From: Octopus sinensis
Taxonomy: Eukaryota
DNA: 64,000 nucleotides
NCBI RefSeq assembly: GCF_006345805.1
Contig: NC_042997.1
Location: 71,362,001-71,426,000 of the forward strand
Direction of reading: 5' to 3'
Shown here one piece after another: positions 26,203 through 38,533 of this stretch. How positions within the stretch are numbered: the stretch's first letter is position 1; every line of letters starts with the position of its first letter. The notes below the pieces were generated by a model. It searched no databases. It was given only the letters and a program-made list of their open reading frames with translations, and was not told where the DNA came from. Made by a program: the position numbers and the translations under genes.

Positions 26203-29200
26203 TTTAACAATTAAGGATAATCTCTTAATAAGGGATCTTAACAAGAAATTATCGGGTAGCTAGCGTGAAAACCTCGTAAAAGAAAAGAATTCGAAAATAA
26301 TTTTTTTCTTTTGAACAAATTAATTATATCTATATTGTATAGAGGGCATTATTACACATAAATGCCTCACACTAGGAGGGACAAAGTCATTACTACCAAA
26401 ATTATACTAATCATACCCAAATGCAGTTTTTCAAAGCAAGACATTTAAAAAAATGAATTTACTTCTGTATCACCGTGATTTCACATTCAACTTTACGTCT
26501 AATGATCGTCAGCAGAACTGATTCTGAATACATCATAAATAAACTACCAACCTTACGTAGCGGAGACAAACAGACAACTGCTCACTCCGGCCAAGCACAT
26601 GGAATGTTATAAATCATATATCCGGTAAATGGCGGGCTTTTTACGAACTGCATGTCGGGTAATGAAAAGTATTTCGGAATAAGTTTAACAATTAAGGATA
26701 ATCTCTTAATAAGGGATCTTAACAAGAAATTATCGGGTAGCTAGCGTGAAAACCTCGTAAAAGAAAAGAATTCGAAAATAATTTTTTTCTTTTGAACAAA
26801 TTAATTATATCTATATTGTATAGAGGGCATTATTACACATAAATGCCTCACACTAGGAGGGACAAAGTCATTACTACCAAAATTATACTAATCATACCCA
26901 AATGCAGTTTTTCAAAGCAAGACATTTAAAAAAATGAATTTAGTTCTGTATCACCGTGATTTCACATTCAACTTTACGTCTAATGATCGTCAGCAGAACT
27001 GATTCTGAATACATCATAAATAAACTACCAACCTTACGTAGCGGAGACAAACAGACAACTGCTCACTCCGGCCAAGCACATGGAATGTTTATAAATCATA
27101 TATCCGGTAAATGGCGGGCTTTTTTACGAACTGCATGTCGGGTAATGAAAAGTTTTCGGAATAAGTTTAACAATTAAGGATAATCTCTTAATAAGGGATC
27201 TTAACAAGAAATTATCGGGTAGCTAGCGTGAAAACCTCGTAAAAGAAAAGAATTCGAAAATAATTTTTTTCTTTTGAACATTAATTATATCTATATTGTA
27301 TAGAGGGCATTATTACACATAAATGCCTCACACTAGGAGACAAAAGTCATTACTACCAAAATTATACTAATCATACCCAAATGCAGTTTTTCAAAGCAAG
27401 ACATTTAAAAAAAATGAATTTAGTTCTGTATCACCGTGATTTCACATTCAACTTTACGTCTAATGATCGTCAGCAGAACTGATTCTGAATACATCATAAA
27501 TAAACTACCAACCTTACGTAGCGGAGACAAACAGACAACTGCTCACTCCGGCCAAGCACATGGAATGTTTATAAATCATATATCCGGTAAATGGCGGGCT
27601 TTTTTACGAACTGCATGTCGGGTAATGAAAAGTATTTCGGAATAAGTTTAACAATTAAGGATAATCTCTTAATAAGGGATCTTAACAAGAAATTATCGGG
27701 TAGCTAGCGTGAAAACCTCGTAAAAGAAAAGAATTCGAAAATAATTTTTTTCTTTTGAACAATTAATTATATCTATATTGTATAGAGGGCATTATTACAC
27801 ATAAATGCCTCACACTAGGAGGGACAAAGTCATTACTACCAAAATTATACTAATCATACCCAAATGCCCAAAGCAAGTTTTAAAAATTACTTTAAACTTG
27901 ACTTTCATTTCACATCTCAACTTTACTCTAATGTCGTCAGCAGAACTGATTCTGAATACATCATAAATAAACTACCAACCTTACGTAGCGGAGACAAACA
28001 GACAACTGCTCACTCCGGCCAAGCACATGGAATGTTTATAAATCATATATCCGGTAAATGGCGGGCTTTTTTACGAACTGCATGTCGGGTAATGAAAAGT
28101 ATTTCGGAATAAGTTTAACAATTAAGGATCTCTTAATAAGGGATCTTAACAAGAAATTATCGGGTAGCTAGCGTGAAAACCTCGTAAAAGAAAAGAATTC
28201 GAAAATAACTTTTTTCTTTTGAACAAATTAATTATCTATATTGTATAGAGGGCATTATTACACATAAATGCCTCACACTAGGAGGGACAAGTCATTACTA
28301 CCAAAATTATACTAATCATACCCAAATGCAGTTTTTCAAAGCAAGACATTAAAAAAATGAATTTAGTTCTGTATCACCGTGATTTCACATTCAACTTTAC
28401 GTCTAATGATCGTCAGCAGAACTGATTCTGAATACATCATAAATAAACTACCAACCTTACGTAGCGGAGACAAACAGACAACTGCTCACTCCGGCCAAGC
28501 ACATGGAATGTTTATAAATCATATATCCGGTAAATGGCGGGCTTTTTTACGAACTGCATGTCGGGTAATGAAAAGTATTTCGGAATAAGTTTAACAATTA
28601 AGGATAATCTCTTAATAAGGGATCTTAACAAGAAATTATCGGGTAGCTAGCGTGAAAACCTCGTAAAAGAAAAGAATTCGAAAATAATTTTTTTCTTTTG
28701 AACAAATTAATTATATCTATATTGTATAGAGGGCATTATTACACATAAATGCCTCACACTAGGAGGGACAAAGTCATTACTACCAAAATTATACTAATCA
28801 TACCCAAATGCAGTTTTTCAAAGCAAGACATTTAAAAAAATGAATTTAGTTCTGTATCACCGTGATTTCACATTCAACTTTACGTCTAATGATCGTCAGC
28901 AGAACTGATTCTGAATACATCATAAATAAACTACCAACCTAGTAGCGGAGACAGCAACAGACAACTGACACTCCGGCCAAGCACATGGAATGTTTATAAA
29001 TCATATATCCGGTAAATGGCGGGCTTTTTTACGAACTGCATGTCGGGTAATGAAAAGTATTTCGGAAAAGTTTAACAATTAAGGATAATCTCTTAATAAG
29101 GGATCTTAACAAGAAATTATCGGGTAGCTAGCGTGCGTGAAAACCTCGTAAAAGAAAAGAATTCGAAAATAACTTTTTTCTTTTGAACAATTAATTATAT

Positions 29201-29931
29201 CTAATTGTATAGAGGGCATTATTACACATAAATGCCTCACACTAGGAGGGACAAAGTCATTACTACCAAAATTATACTAATCATACCCAAATGCAGTTTT
29301 TCAAAGCAAGACATTTAAAAAAATGAATTTAGTTCTGTATCACCGTGATTTCACATTCAACTTTACGTCTAATGATCGTCAGCAAACTGAACTGATTCTG
29401 AATACATCAAAATAAACTACCAACCTTACGTAGCGGAGACAAACAGACAACTGCTCACTCCGGCCAAGCACATGGAATGTTTATAAATCATATATCCGTA
29501 AATGGCGGGCTTTTTTACGAACTGCATGTCGGGTAATGAAAAGTATTTCGGAATAAGTTTAACAATTAAGGATAATCTCTTAATAAGGGATCTTAACAAG
29601 AAATTATCGGGTAGCTAGCGTGAAAACCTCGTAAAAGAAAAGAATTCGAAAATAATTTTTTTCTTTTGAACAAATTAATTATATCTATATTGTATAGAGG
29701 GCATTATTACACATAAATGCCTCACACTAGGAGGGACAAAGTCATTACTACCAAAATTATACTAATCATACCCAAATGCAGTTTTTCAAAGCAAGACATT
29801 TAAAAAAATGAATTTAGTTCTGTATCACCGTGATTTCACATTCAACTTTACGTCTAATGATCGTCAGCAGAACTGATTCTGAATACATCATAAATAAACT
29901 ACCAACCTTACGTAGCGGAGACAAACAGACA
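26201..29931 (-). repeat. Left arm of tandem array: ~7.8 copies of a ~481 bp HHR-containing monomer
   Basis: Units start agtttaacaattaagg at 26201, 26682, 27164, 27645, 28112, 28588, 29069 and 29556. HHR on the minus strand in each unit. Confidence 0.97.
26942..27000 (-). ncRNA. Type I hammerhead ribozyme, representative left-arm copy
   Basis: Reverse complement of 30325-30383. Other copies at 26461, 27422, 28365, 28848 and 29816; damaged copies at ~27900 and 29331. Confidence 0.85.
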
Positions 29932-32900
29932 AACTGCATTTGGGTATGATTAGTATAATTTTGGTAGTAATGACTTTGTCCCTCCTAGTGTGAGGCATTT
30001 ATGTGTAATAATGCCCTCTATACAATATAGATATAATTAATTTGTTCAAAAGAAACAAAATTATTTTCGAATTCTTTTCTTTTACGAGGTTTTCACGCTA
30101 GCTACCCGATAATTTGTTGTTAAGATCCCTTATTAAGAGATTATCCTTAATTGTTAAACTTATTCCGAAATACTTTTCATTACCCGACATGCAGTTCGTA
30201 AAAAAGCCCGCCATTTACCGGATATATGATTTATAAACATTCCATGTGCTTGGCCGGAGTGAGCAGTTGTCTGTTTGTCTCCGCTACGTAAGGTTGGTAG
30301 TTTATTTATGATGTATTCAGAATCAGTTCTGCTGACGATCATTAGACGTAAAGTTGAATGTGAAATCACGGTGATACAGAACTAAATTCATTTTTTTAAA
30401 TGTCTTGCTTTGAAAAACTGCATTTGGGTATGATTAGTATAATTTTGGTAGTAATGACTTTGTCCCTCCTAGTGTGAGGCATTTATGTGTAATAATGCCC
30501 TCTATACAATATAGATATAATTAATTTGTTCAAAAGAAAAAAATTATTTTCGAATTCTTTTCTTTTACGAGGTTTTCACGCTAGCTACCCGATAATTCTT
30601 GTTAAGATCCCTTATTAAGAGATTATCCTTAATTGTTAAACTTATTCCGAAATACTTTTCATTACCCGACATGCAGTTCGTAAAAAAGCCCGCCATTTAC
30701 CGGATATATGATTTATAAACATTCCATGTGCTTGGCCGGAGTGAGCAGTTGTCTGTTTGTCTCCGCTACGTAAGGTTGGTAGTTTATTTATGATGTATTC
30801 AGAATCAGTTCTGCTGACGATCATTAGACGTAAAGTTGAATGTGAAATCACGGTGATACAGAACTAAATTCATTTTTTTAAATGTCTTGCTTTGAAAAAC
30901 TGCATTTGGTATGATTAGTATAATTTTGTAGTAATGACTTTGTCCCTCCTAGTGTGAGGCATTTATGTGTAATAATGCCCTCTATACAATATAGATATAA
31001 TAATTTGTTCAAAAGAAAAAAATTATTTTCGAATTCTTTTCTTTTACGAGGTTTTCACGCTAGCTACCCGATAATTTCTTGTTAAGATCCCTTATAAGAG
31101 ATTATCCTTAATTGTTAAACTTATTCCGAAATACTTTTCATTACCCGACATGCAGTTCGTAAAAAAGCCCGCCATTTACCGGATATATGATTTATAAACA
31201 TTCCATGTGCTTGGCCGGAGTGAGCAGTGTCTGTTTGTCTCCGCTACGTAAGGTTGGTAGTTTATTTATGATGTATTCAGAATCAGTTCTGCTGACGATC
31301 ATTAGACGTAAAGTTGAATGTGAAATCACGGTGATACAGAACTAAATTCATTTTTTTAAATGTCTTGCTTTGAAAAACTGCATTTGGGTATGATAGTATA
31401 ATTTTGGTAGTAATGACTTTGTCCCTCCTAGTGTGAGGCATTTATGTGTAATAATGCCCTCTATACAATATAGATATAATTAATTTGTTCAAAAGAAAAA
31501 AATTATTTTCGAATTCTTTTCTTTTACGAGGTTTTCACGCTAGCTACCCGATAATTTCTTGTTAAGATCCCTTATTAAGAGATTATCCTTAATTGTTAAA
31601 CTTATTCCGAAATACTTTTCATTACCGACATGCAGTTCGTAAAAAAGCCGCCATTTACCGGATATATGATTTATAAACATTCCATGTGCTTGGCCGGAGT
31701 GAGCAGTTGTCTGTTGTCTCCGCTACGTAAGGTTGGTAGTTTATTTATGATGTATTCAGAATCAGTTCTGCTGACGATCATTAGACGTAAAGTTGAATGT
31801 GAAATCACGGTGATACAGAACTAAATTCATTTTTTAAATGTCTGCTTTGAAAAACTGCATTTGGGTATGATTAGTATAATTTTGGTAGTAATGACTTTGT
31901 CCCTCCTAGTGTGAGGCATTATGTGTAATAATGCCCTCTATACAATATAGATATAATTAATTTGTTCAAAAGAAAAAAATTATTTTCGAATTCTTTTCTT
32001 TTACGAGGTTTTCACGCTAGCTACCCGATAATTTCTTGTAAGATCCCTTATTAAGAGATTATCCTTAATTGTTAAACTTATTCCGAAATACTTTTCATTA
32101 CCCGACATGCAGTTCGTAAAAAAGCCCGCCATTTACCGGATATATGATTTATAAACATTCCATGTGCTTGGCCGGAGTGAGCAGTTGTCTGTTTGTCTCC
32201 GCTACGTAAGGTTGGTAGTTTATTTATGATGTATTCAGAATCAGTTCTGCTGACGATCATTAGACGTAAAGTTGAATGTGAAATCACGGTGATACAGAAC
32301 TAAATTCATTTTTTTAAATGTCTTGCTTTGAAAAACTGCATTGGGTATGATTAGTATAATTTTGGTAGTAAGTAATGACTTTGTCCCTCCTAGTTTGAGG
32401 CATTTATGTGTAATAATGCCTCTATACAATATAGATATAATTAATTTGTTCAAAAGAAAAAAATTATTTTCGAATTCTTTTCTTTTACGAGGTTTTCACG
32501 CTAGCTACCCGATAATTTCTTGTTAAGATCCCTTATTAAGAGATTATCCTTAATTGTTAAACTTATTCCGAAATACTTTTCATTACCCGACAGGCAGTTC
32601 GTAAAAAAGCCGCCATTACCGGATATATGATTTATAAACATTCCATGTGCTTGGCCGGAGTGAGCAGTGTCTGTTTGTCTCCGCTACGTAAGGTTGGTAG
32701 TTTATTTATGATGTATTCAGAATCAGTTCTGCTGACGATCATTAGACGTAAAGTTGAATGTGAAATCACGGTGATACAGAACTAAATTCATTTTTTTAAA
32801 TGTCTTGCTTTGAAAAACTGCATTTGGGTATGATTAGTATAATTTTGGTAGTAATGACTTTGTCCCTCCTAGTGTGAGGCATTTATGTGTAATAATGCCA

Positions 32901-33387
32901 TCTCTACAATATAGATATAATTAATTTGTTCAAAAGAAAAAAATTATTTTCGAATTCTTTTCTTTTACGAGGTTTTCACGCTAGCTACCCGATAATTTCT
33001 TGTTAAGATCCCTTATTAAGAGATTATCCTTAATTGTTAAACTTATTCCGAAATACTTTTCATTACCCGACATGCAGTTCGTAAAAAAGCCCGCCATTTA
33101 CCGGATATATGATTTATAAACATTCCATGTGCTTGCCGGAGTGAGCAGTTGTCTGTTTGTCTCCGCTACGTAAGGTTGGTAGTTTATTTATGATGTATTC
33201 AGAATCAGTTCTGCTGACGATCATTAGACGTAAAGGTTGAATGTGAAATCACGGTGATACAGAACTAAATTCATTTTTTAAATGTCTTGCTTTGAAAAAC
33301 TGCATTTGGGTATGATTAGTATAATTTTGGTAGTAATGACTTTGTCCCTCCTAGTGTGAGGCATTTATGTGTAATAATGCCCTCTAT

Positions 33388-33391
<4 letters not shown>
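29932..33391 (+). repeat. Right arm of tandem array: ~7.2 inverted copies of the same monomer
   Basis: Unit ends ttgttaaact at 30160, 30642, 31121, 31602, 32078, 32563 and 33043. Runs into (TA)n at ~33391. Confidence 0.97.
30325..30383 (+). ncRNA. Type I hammerhead ribozyme, representative right-arm copy
   Basis: agttctg CTGACGA t-catt-a-gac-gtaaa-gtt-g-aatg-t GAAA tcac-g-gtga TA cagaact. 7 bp stem I, AUA cleavage triplet. Other copies start at 30807, 31285, 31764, 32243, 32725 and 33207. Confidence 0.85.
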
Positions 33392-33420
<29 letters not shown>

Positions 33421-33423
<3 letters not shown>

Positions 33424-35973
33424 GTCATCCCATAAGTTCTGTTCAAATTTTGAATAAAAAAAAACAAGTGATCAAATGTTACGAGGGGCATTCAATAAGT
33501 AATGCCCCTGACCCACTTGCAGTTGTTTGATCTAGCTGAAATTTTGCATGTGCACTTATTTATACCTCTATAGATTAAGTAGCGAATTAGAGCTCTGAAA
33601 TAATTGTGGTTTCTGATTTACAGGTGTTTGAACTGAGTCAAGTGTGAAATGGAGCCTGTTGAGTGTCGAGCAGTAATCCAGTTTTTGTATTTGAAAGGAC
33701 GCACACCACGGGAGACTTTTGATGAAATGAAAGTAACTTATGGGGATGATGCCCCATCCTATGACCTTGTAAAACGCTGGCATTGTGAATTCAAACATAG
33801 TCGGAACTCTGTGGAAACAGCTCCCAGATTTGGTCGCCCCCTTCTGCCGTTGATGGAACGTCTGTCCGTCAAGTTGAGGCTGCCATTTTGGAAGGTCAAC
33901 GCATAACTATTCGCCAAATAGCCCATAAGGTCAAGATTAGTACCGGGTCTGTGGAAACTATCATTCATGACCATTTGCATATGCAAAAGGTGTCTGCCAG
34001 ATGGATTTCCAGGTTGCTCACACCTTTCCAGAAGCAAGAACGCGTTGAGTGCTCGAGGATGAATTTGGAGATGTGCCAAGAAGATGAGTCAAAATTTTTC
34101 AAAAGACTGATCACACAGGATAAAACCTGGGTCCATCACTATGATCCATAGACCAAAGCCCAGTCAATGCAGTGAAAGCACCGTGACTCACTTCCTCCAA
34201 AGAAGGCAAGGGTGCAGCCCTCCGCTGACAAGGTTATGCTCACAGTCTTCTGGGACCAGGACGGAGTAGTGATGACAGATTTCCTGGCAAAGGGTACCAC
34301 AATTACAGGAACCTATTATGCTTCACTTTTGAGGAAATTAAGAGAAGCTATCAAAATCAAGAGGCGGGGCAAGATCAGCAAAGGCATCCTCCTCCTGCAG
34401 GACAACGCTCCGGTCCACAACTCGCTTGTCGCCAGATCAGAAGCACAGGCGTGCAGCTATGAACTCCTCCCCTTGCACCCTCTGATTTTCACCTCTTCCC
34501 AGCCATGAAGTTGATTTTGAAAGGAAAGCGTTTCCCAGATGATGCAGCCTTGATTTCTGGAGTCATGTCGTGGTTGGAGGACCAAGCTGGGGTCTTCTAC
34601 AAAAACGGTCTCCAAAGCTGTATCAATCGATGGGAGAAATGCATAACTCTGGGTAGTTCCTATTTAGGAAAAGACTAATAACTGTGCCAAGTGTCGTTGC
34701 TCTACTGCTATGTAAAGTGGGTCAGGGGCATTACTTATTGAACGCCTCTCGTATTGAAATTTAATCATCAATGTACTTTCCCTGATTATCTATGACTTCC
34801 TTCCATCTATTTACAAGCTTTTTAATCCCATCAATGTAAAACTCTTTTGGTTTCAAAGCGAAGAAATCTGAAATGTCAGTTTCGACCTCCTCCTGGCTTG
34901 CGAAAGTTATGTCCCCCAAATGATTCTGTAAACTACGAAACAAATGGTAGTCTGAAGGAGCAAGGTCGAGAGAATAAGGTGGATGAGGAATTCTTTCCCA
35001 ACCAAGCATTTCAATCTTCTGTGATGTGATCTTTGCAGTGTGGGCTTACACATTGTCCTAATGAAACATCACTCCTTTTCGATTCACTAAAGCGGGTCAT
35101 TTTTCTTCAAAGCTTCATTCAAATGCTCTAATTGCTGACAGTATACTTCAACATTGATTGTTGCATTAGGTGGTAACGATTCAAAGTGAATTACTCCTTT
35201 GCAATCCCACCAGATAGAGAGAAGAACCGTTTTTTCCATGAAGTTCCATTCTCGATTGTGGTTGAGCTTTTTCCCTTTTACCAAGCCACTGTTTACGACG
35301 TTTAACATTTCGATAGAAGATCCATTTTTCGTCGCCAGTCACAAGTCAATCGAAAAAGGGTGAAATGAGTTCGTGAGAATGGATAGAAGAGCAGATGTCA
35401 ACTCAGGATTTGCGGTTGCTTTCGGACAATTTATGAGGCACCCATTTTCCAAATTTAGGAACCTTTCCAAGTTGTTGAAGATGACGATGAACAGTTGTAT
35501 GGTTTGAACTAAGCTTTATTGCCAATTTTTCAACTGATAATGCCGGATTTTCTTCCAGTAATGCCTCAAGGAGCTTATCATCAAACTCAACTGGACGTCC
35601 TGTTCGATCTTTATCTTCAAGGCTGAAATCCCCACTTCTCAATTTTGCGGACCATCTTCTGCAAGTTCTTTCATTCAGGCATTCTATTTACAAAACTGAG
35701 TGTATGTTTCAAGTCGCTTCGGCTGCAGAGTTTCCTTTTTTGTACTCAAAAAGCATTATGTGCTTTAAATGCTCTTTGGATACTGCCATGTGAGAAATGG
35801 TTTTAATCAAAGAAAATTTAAATCTATTATTCTGTAAAATAATATTCAATTAATGTAAATGTACACAAATGCATAAAAATAATTTTTAATTCCATTAGAC
35901 ATTCTAAAATTCTATTAAATTTCATTCAATTTTAAAAAAGGTAAAATCGGACAGAACTTATAGGATGACCTTG
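33421..35973 (-). mobile_element. Mariner transposon (outer), decayed transposase 35789-34761
   Basis: TIRs caggtcatcccataagttctgt / acagaacttataggatgaccttg within (TA)n. MAVSKEHLKHIMLFEY..., WVPHKL, TGDEKW, HPPYSLDLAPSDYHLF. Confidence 0.95.
33482..34751 (+). mobile_element. Mariner transposon (inner, nested), decayed transposase 33649-34678
   Basis: TIRs cgaggggcattcaataagtaatgcccctgacccactt and its reverse complement at ~34716-34751. TA duplication. Motifs ITQDKTWVHHYDP and LLQDNAPVH. Confidence 0.95.
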
Positions 35974-35980
35974 ATATATA

Positions 35981-36048
<68 letters not shown>

Positions 36049-36049
36049 T

Positions 36050-36406
36050 CTTTTATCCTTTTACTTGTTCCAGTCACTTGACTGTGGCCATACTGGAGCA
36101 CCGCCTTTAGTCGAACAACTCGACCCCAGGACTTATTTTTTGTAAGCCTAGTACTTATTCTATCGGCTCTTTAGTCGATCCGTTAAGTTACGGGGACGTA
36201 AACACACCAACATCGTTGTCAAGTGATGGTGGGGGAAAAACACAGACATAAATACATACATATATACATACACGGCAGGCTTCTTTCAGTTTCCGTCTAC
36301 TAAATCCACTCACAAGGCTTTGATCGGCCCAAGGCTATAGGTGCTGGGAAGCTTTGATCGGCCCAAGGCTATAGATGCTGGGAAGCAAGTTTCTTACCAT
36401 ACAGCG

Positions 36407-36408
<2 letters not shown>
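36050..36408 (-). mobile_element. SINE family A with a rearranged head
   Basis: Matches family A. Short internal duplication gctttgatcggcccaaggctatag.tgctgggaagc. Confidence 0.8.
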
Positions 36409-36445
<37 letters not shown>

Positions 36446-37698
36446 TATATATATATTGTGACGTTTCTTTACGCTCCGTCTCAATACCCTCCTCAGATTT
36501 ACCTTCTAGTTTCCTCCTTCGATAAAATAAATACTGAGCAAAGTACTGGGGTCGATGCTAAAAGCTAAAATCTTCTAAGCCTGTAGGCCAGAAAGAACGC
36601 AATCCAGTAAGTGAGGCCAGTGAAAGTATAAAACAATAACAGATTAGGATCGAGAGAATCCGTTAAGAGTAACGAGGATTTAATAGAATTGACAATTTGC
36701 ACGTTTTTTTTTCACCCGAAGGATATCAATATTTATTCTGAGTTATGTTAAACTATTAAAAAATACCCACTACTGAGAGAAACCTACCGCTGTGAAACTT
36801 TTCTTTTTACTTTTTAAAATTTGACTTTAGAAAGAATTTGTTCTTAGCAAAACACGTACAAAACTTTTTACTATCATTGAGAAAATGTAGAAATTTACAT
36901 ATATTTGTTTTCTCAATTTTCACTCGTTATGAGTTTGCTAATATTTTATCCTTTTTACTTTTTCTTTAACTTTCTGTTCTTTTATTTTATTAATTTGTTT
37001 TTGGGGGATATGCTATTATTTTCATAAAATTCGTCGTATTTTCCTCAATACGTGAAAATGGGGAAAAAAATTGTTTACTTTTCCAAAAACTATTTTCACC
37101 TTGAAAACTATAGGTATTTTTTCTTCACTGTTATTTACTTTTCTTCTCCCCGCTCCTCGTGACAGCTCTTTATCGCTACTGTTTTACTATTTATTATTCT
37201 TATTGTCATTGATTCATCTTTTTTTTTTTTTTTTTTTGACTTTCATCGTTATTTTGTCATTGTTATCTTTTTAAAACATTTTTTTTAATCGAAAGGAAAA
37301 CAAACGGACTGCAAAAAAATAATAGACAAATTTTCGTGTAAGAAAGTGACAGCCCATGGTATACTGAACTATGATATCTATCTAAACTAACTGAAATCAG
37401 TATGAAAATAAAAGCCATCACGTTCTAGCAGTCAAGGCCAATACCATGATATCATTATAAGCTTTATTTTCTCAAGCAAGGACAACCAATAACATATCAT
37501 ACAACTATTGCCAGCTTCAGTAATAGAAGCAAACAAGGAGGTACACAATATATCCAATACTATTTCATCAGTTCTGTCAGAGATTCTTCGCTTTTCTGGC
37601 AATGCTCAGCTTAAAGGTAGGGTACACGCCACTGTCCTTTATGAATATTGCTGTTTGACTAAAATGTGATAAAACACTGATTATATTACAGTTTAGGT

Positions 37699-37913
37699 AA
37701 GACGGCGGGCTGGAAGAATCGTTAGCACGCCGGACAAAATATTTAGCGGCATTTCGTCCGTCTTTACATTCTGAGTTAAAATTTTACCGAAGTCGACTTT
37801 GTCTTTCATCCTTTCGCGAAGGTCGATAAATAAAGTATCAGTGAAATTCTGGTGTAGATGTAATCGACTTATACCCTCCCCAAAAATTGCTAGCCAGGTG
37901 CCACAATTTGAAA
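37699..37913 (+). mobile_element. SINE family B
   Basis: gacggcgggctggaagaatcgttagcacgccgg...gtcgacttt.gtctttcatcctttcg matches 6075-6421. Confidence 0.75.
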
Positions 37914-38059
37914 CCAGTTTTTATTACAGTTTTAATTTCTCTTTCATTCTTCGATTATTGCTTGTTATCAGAGGACTCAACTGAGATTACATGTTTGACA
38001 TTATTCAACAGAAAATGTATTAATACACAGAATTCACGGAGAAGAATATGTCTATGGAT

Positions 38060-38228
38060 ATGCGACAGGTTTCCTTTCAATATCCGTCTACTAAATCCAC
38101 TCACAAAGCTTTGGTCGGCCCGAGGCTATAGTGAAAAAAACACCTGCCCAAAGTGCCACGCACTTGGACTGAACCCGGAAACATGTGGTCGGAAGCAAGC
38201 TTCTTACCACACAACCACATCTGCACCT
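38060..38228 (-). mobile_element. SINE family A, 5' half
   Basis: Matches the head and body of family A. Confidence 0.75.
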
Positions 38229-38499
38229 TTATACATTTCACCAAAATAGAGACTTGAAAAAGAAATCTTTATTAAGAGCAAAATGCAGAAAATGAACTAA
38301 CATGCATATATTCAAACTTGAAACAAACTCTGAAGGCACCAAATAATTGTTAAATCAGGGTTCAAATACCGAATGGACGGATATATAAGAGTGGTCTCAC
38401 ACACATACACACCACACACATTCACGCACACACACACACACGCTCTCAGACATATATACGTTCATACGTACATGTATACATAAAAACGTGTGTGTGCGT

Positions 38500-38533
<34 letters not shown>

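Noticed and set aside
27436-27645. Repeated 69 aa ORF (MISHSTLRL...) in the array
   Set aside because: GTG start, antisense to the ribozyme strand, no recognisable domain. It recurs only because the DNA is repeated.
27866-27935. Divergent segment in the fourth monomer and scattered 1 bp indels between copies
   Set aside because: The pattern looks like unpolished long-read error, so copy differences were not interpreted. Copy number may also be imprecise.
26201-33391. Array as a CRISPR locus or tandem RNA gene cluster (5S, snRNA, tRNA)
   Set aside because: No unique spacers and no recognisable 5S, snRNA or tRNA sequence in the monomer.
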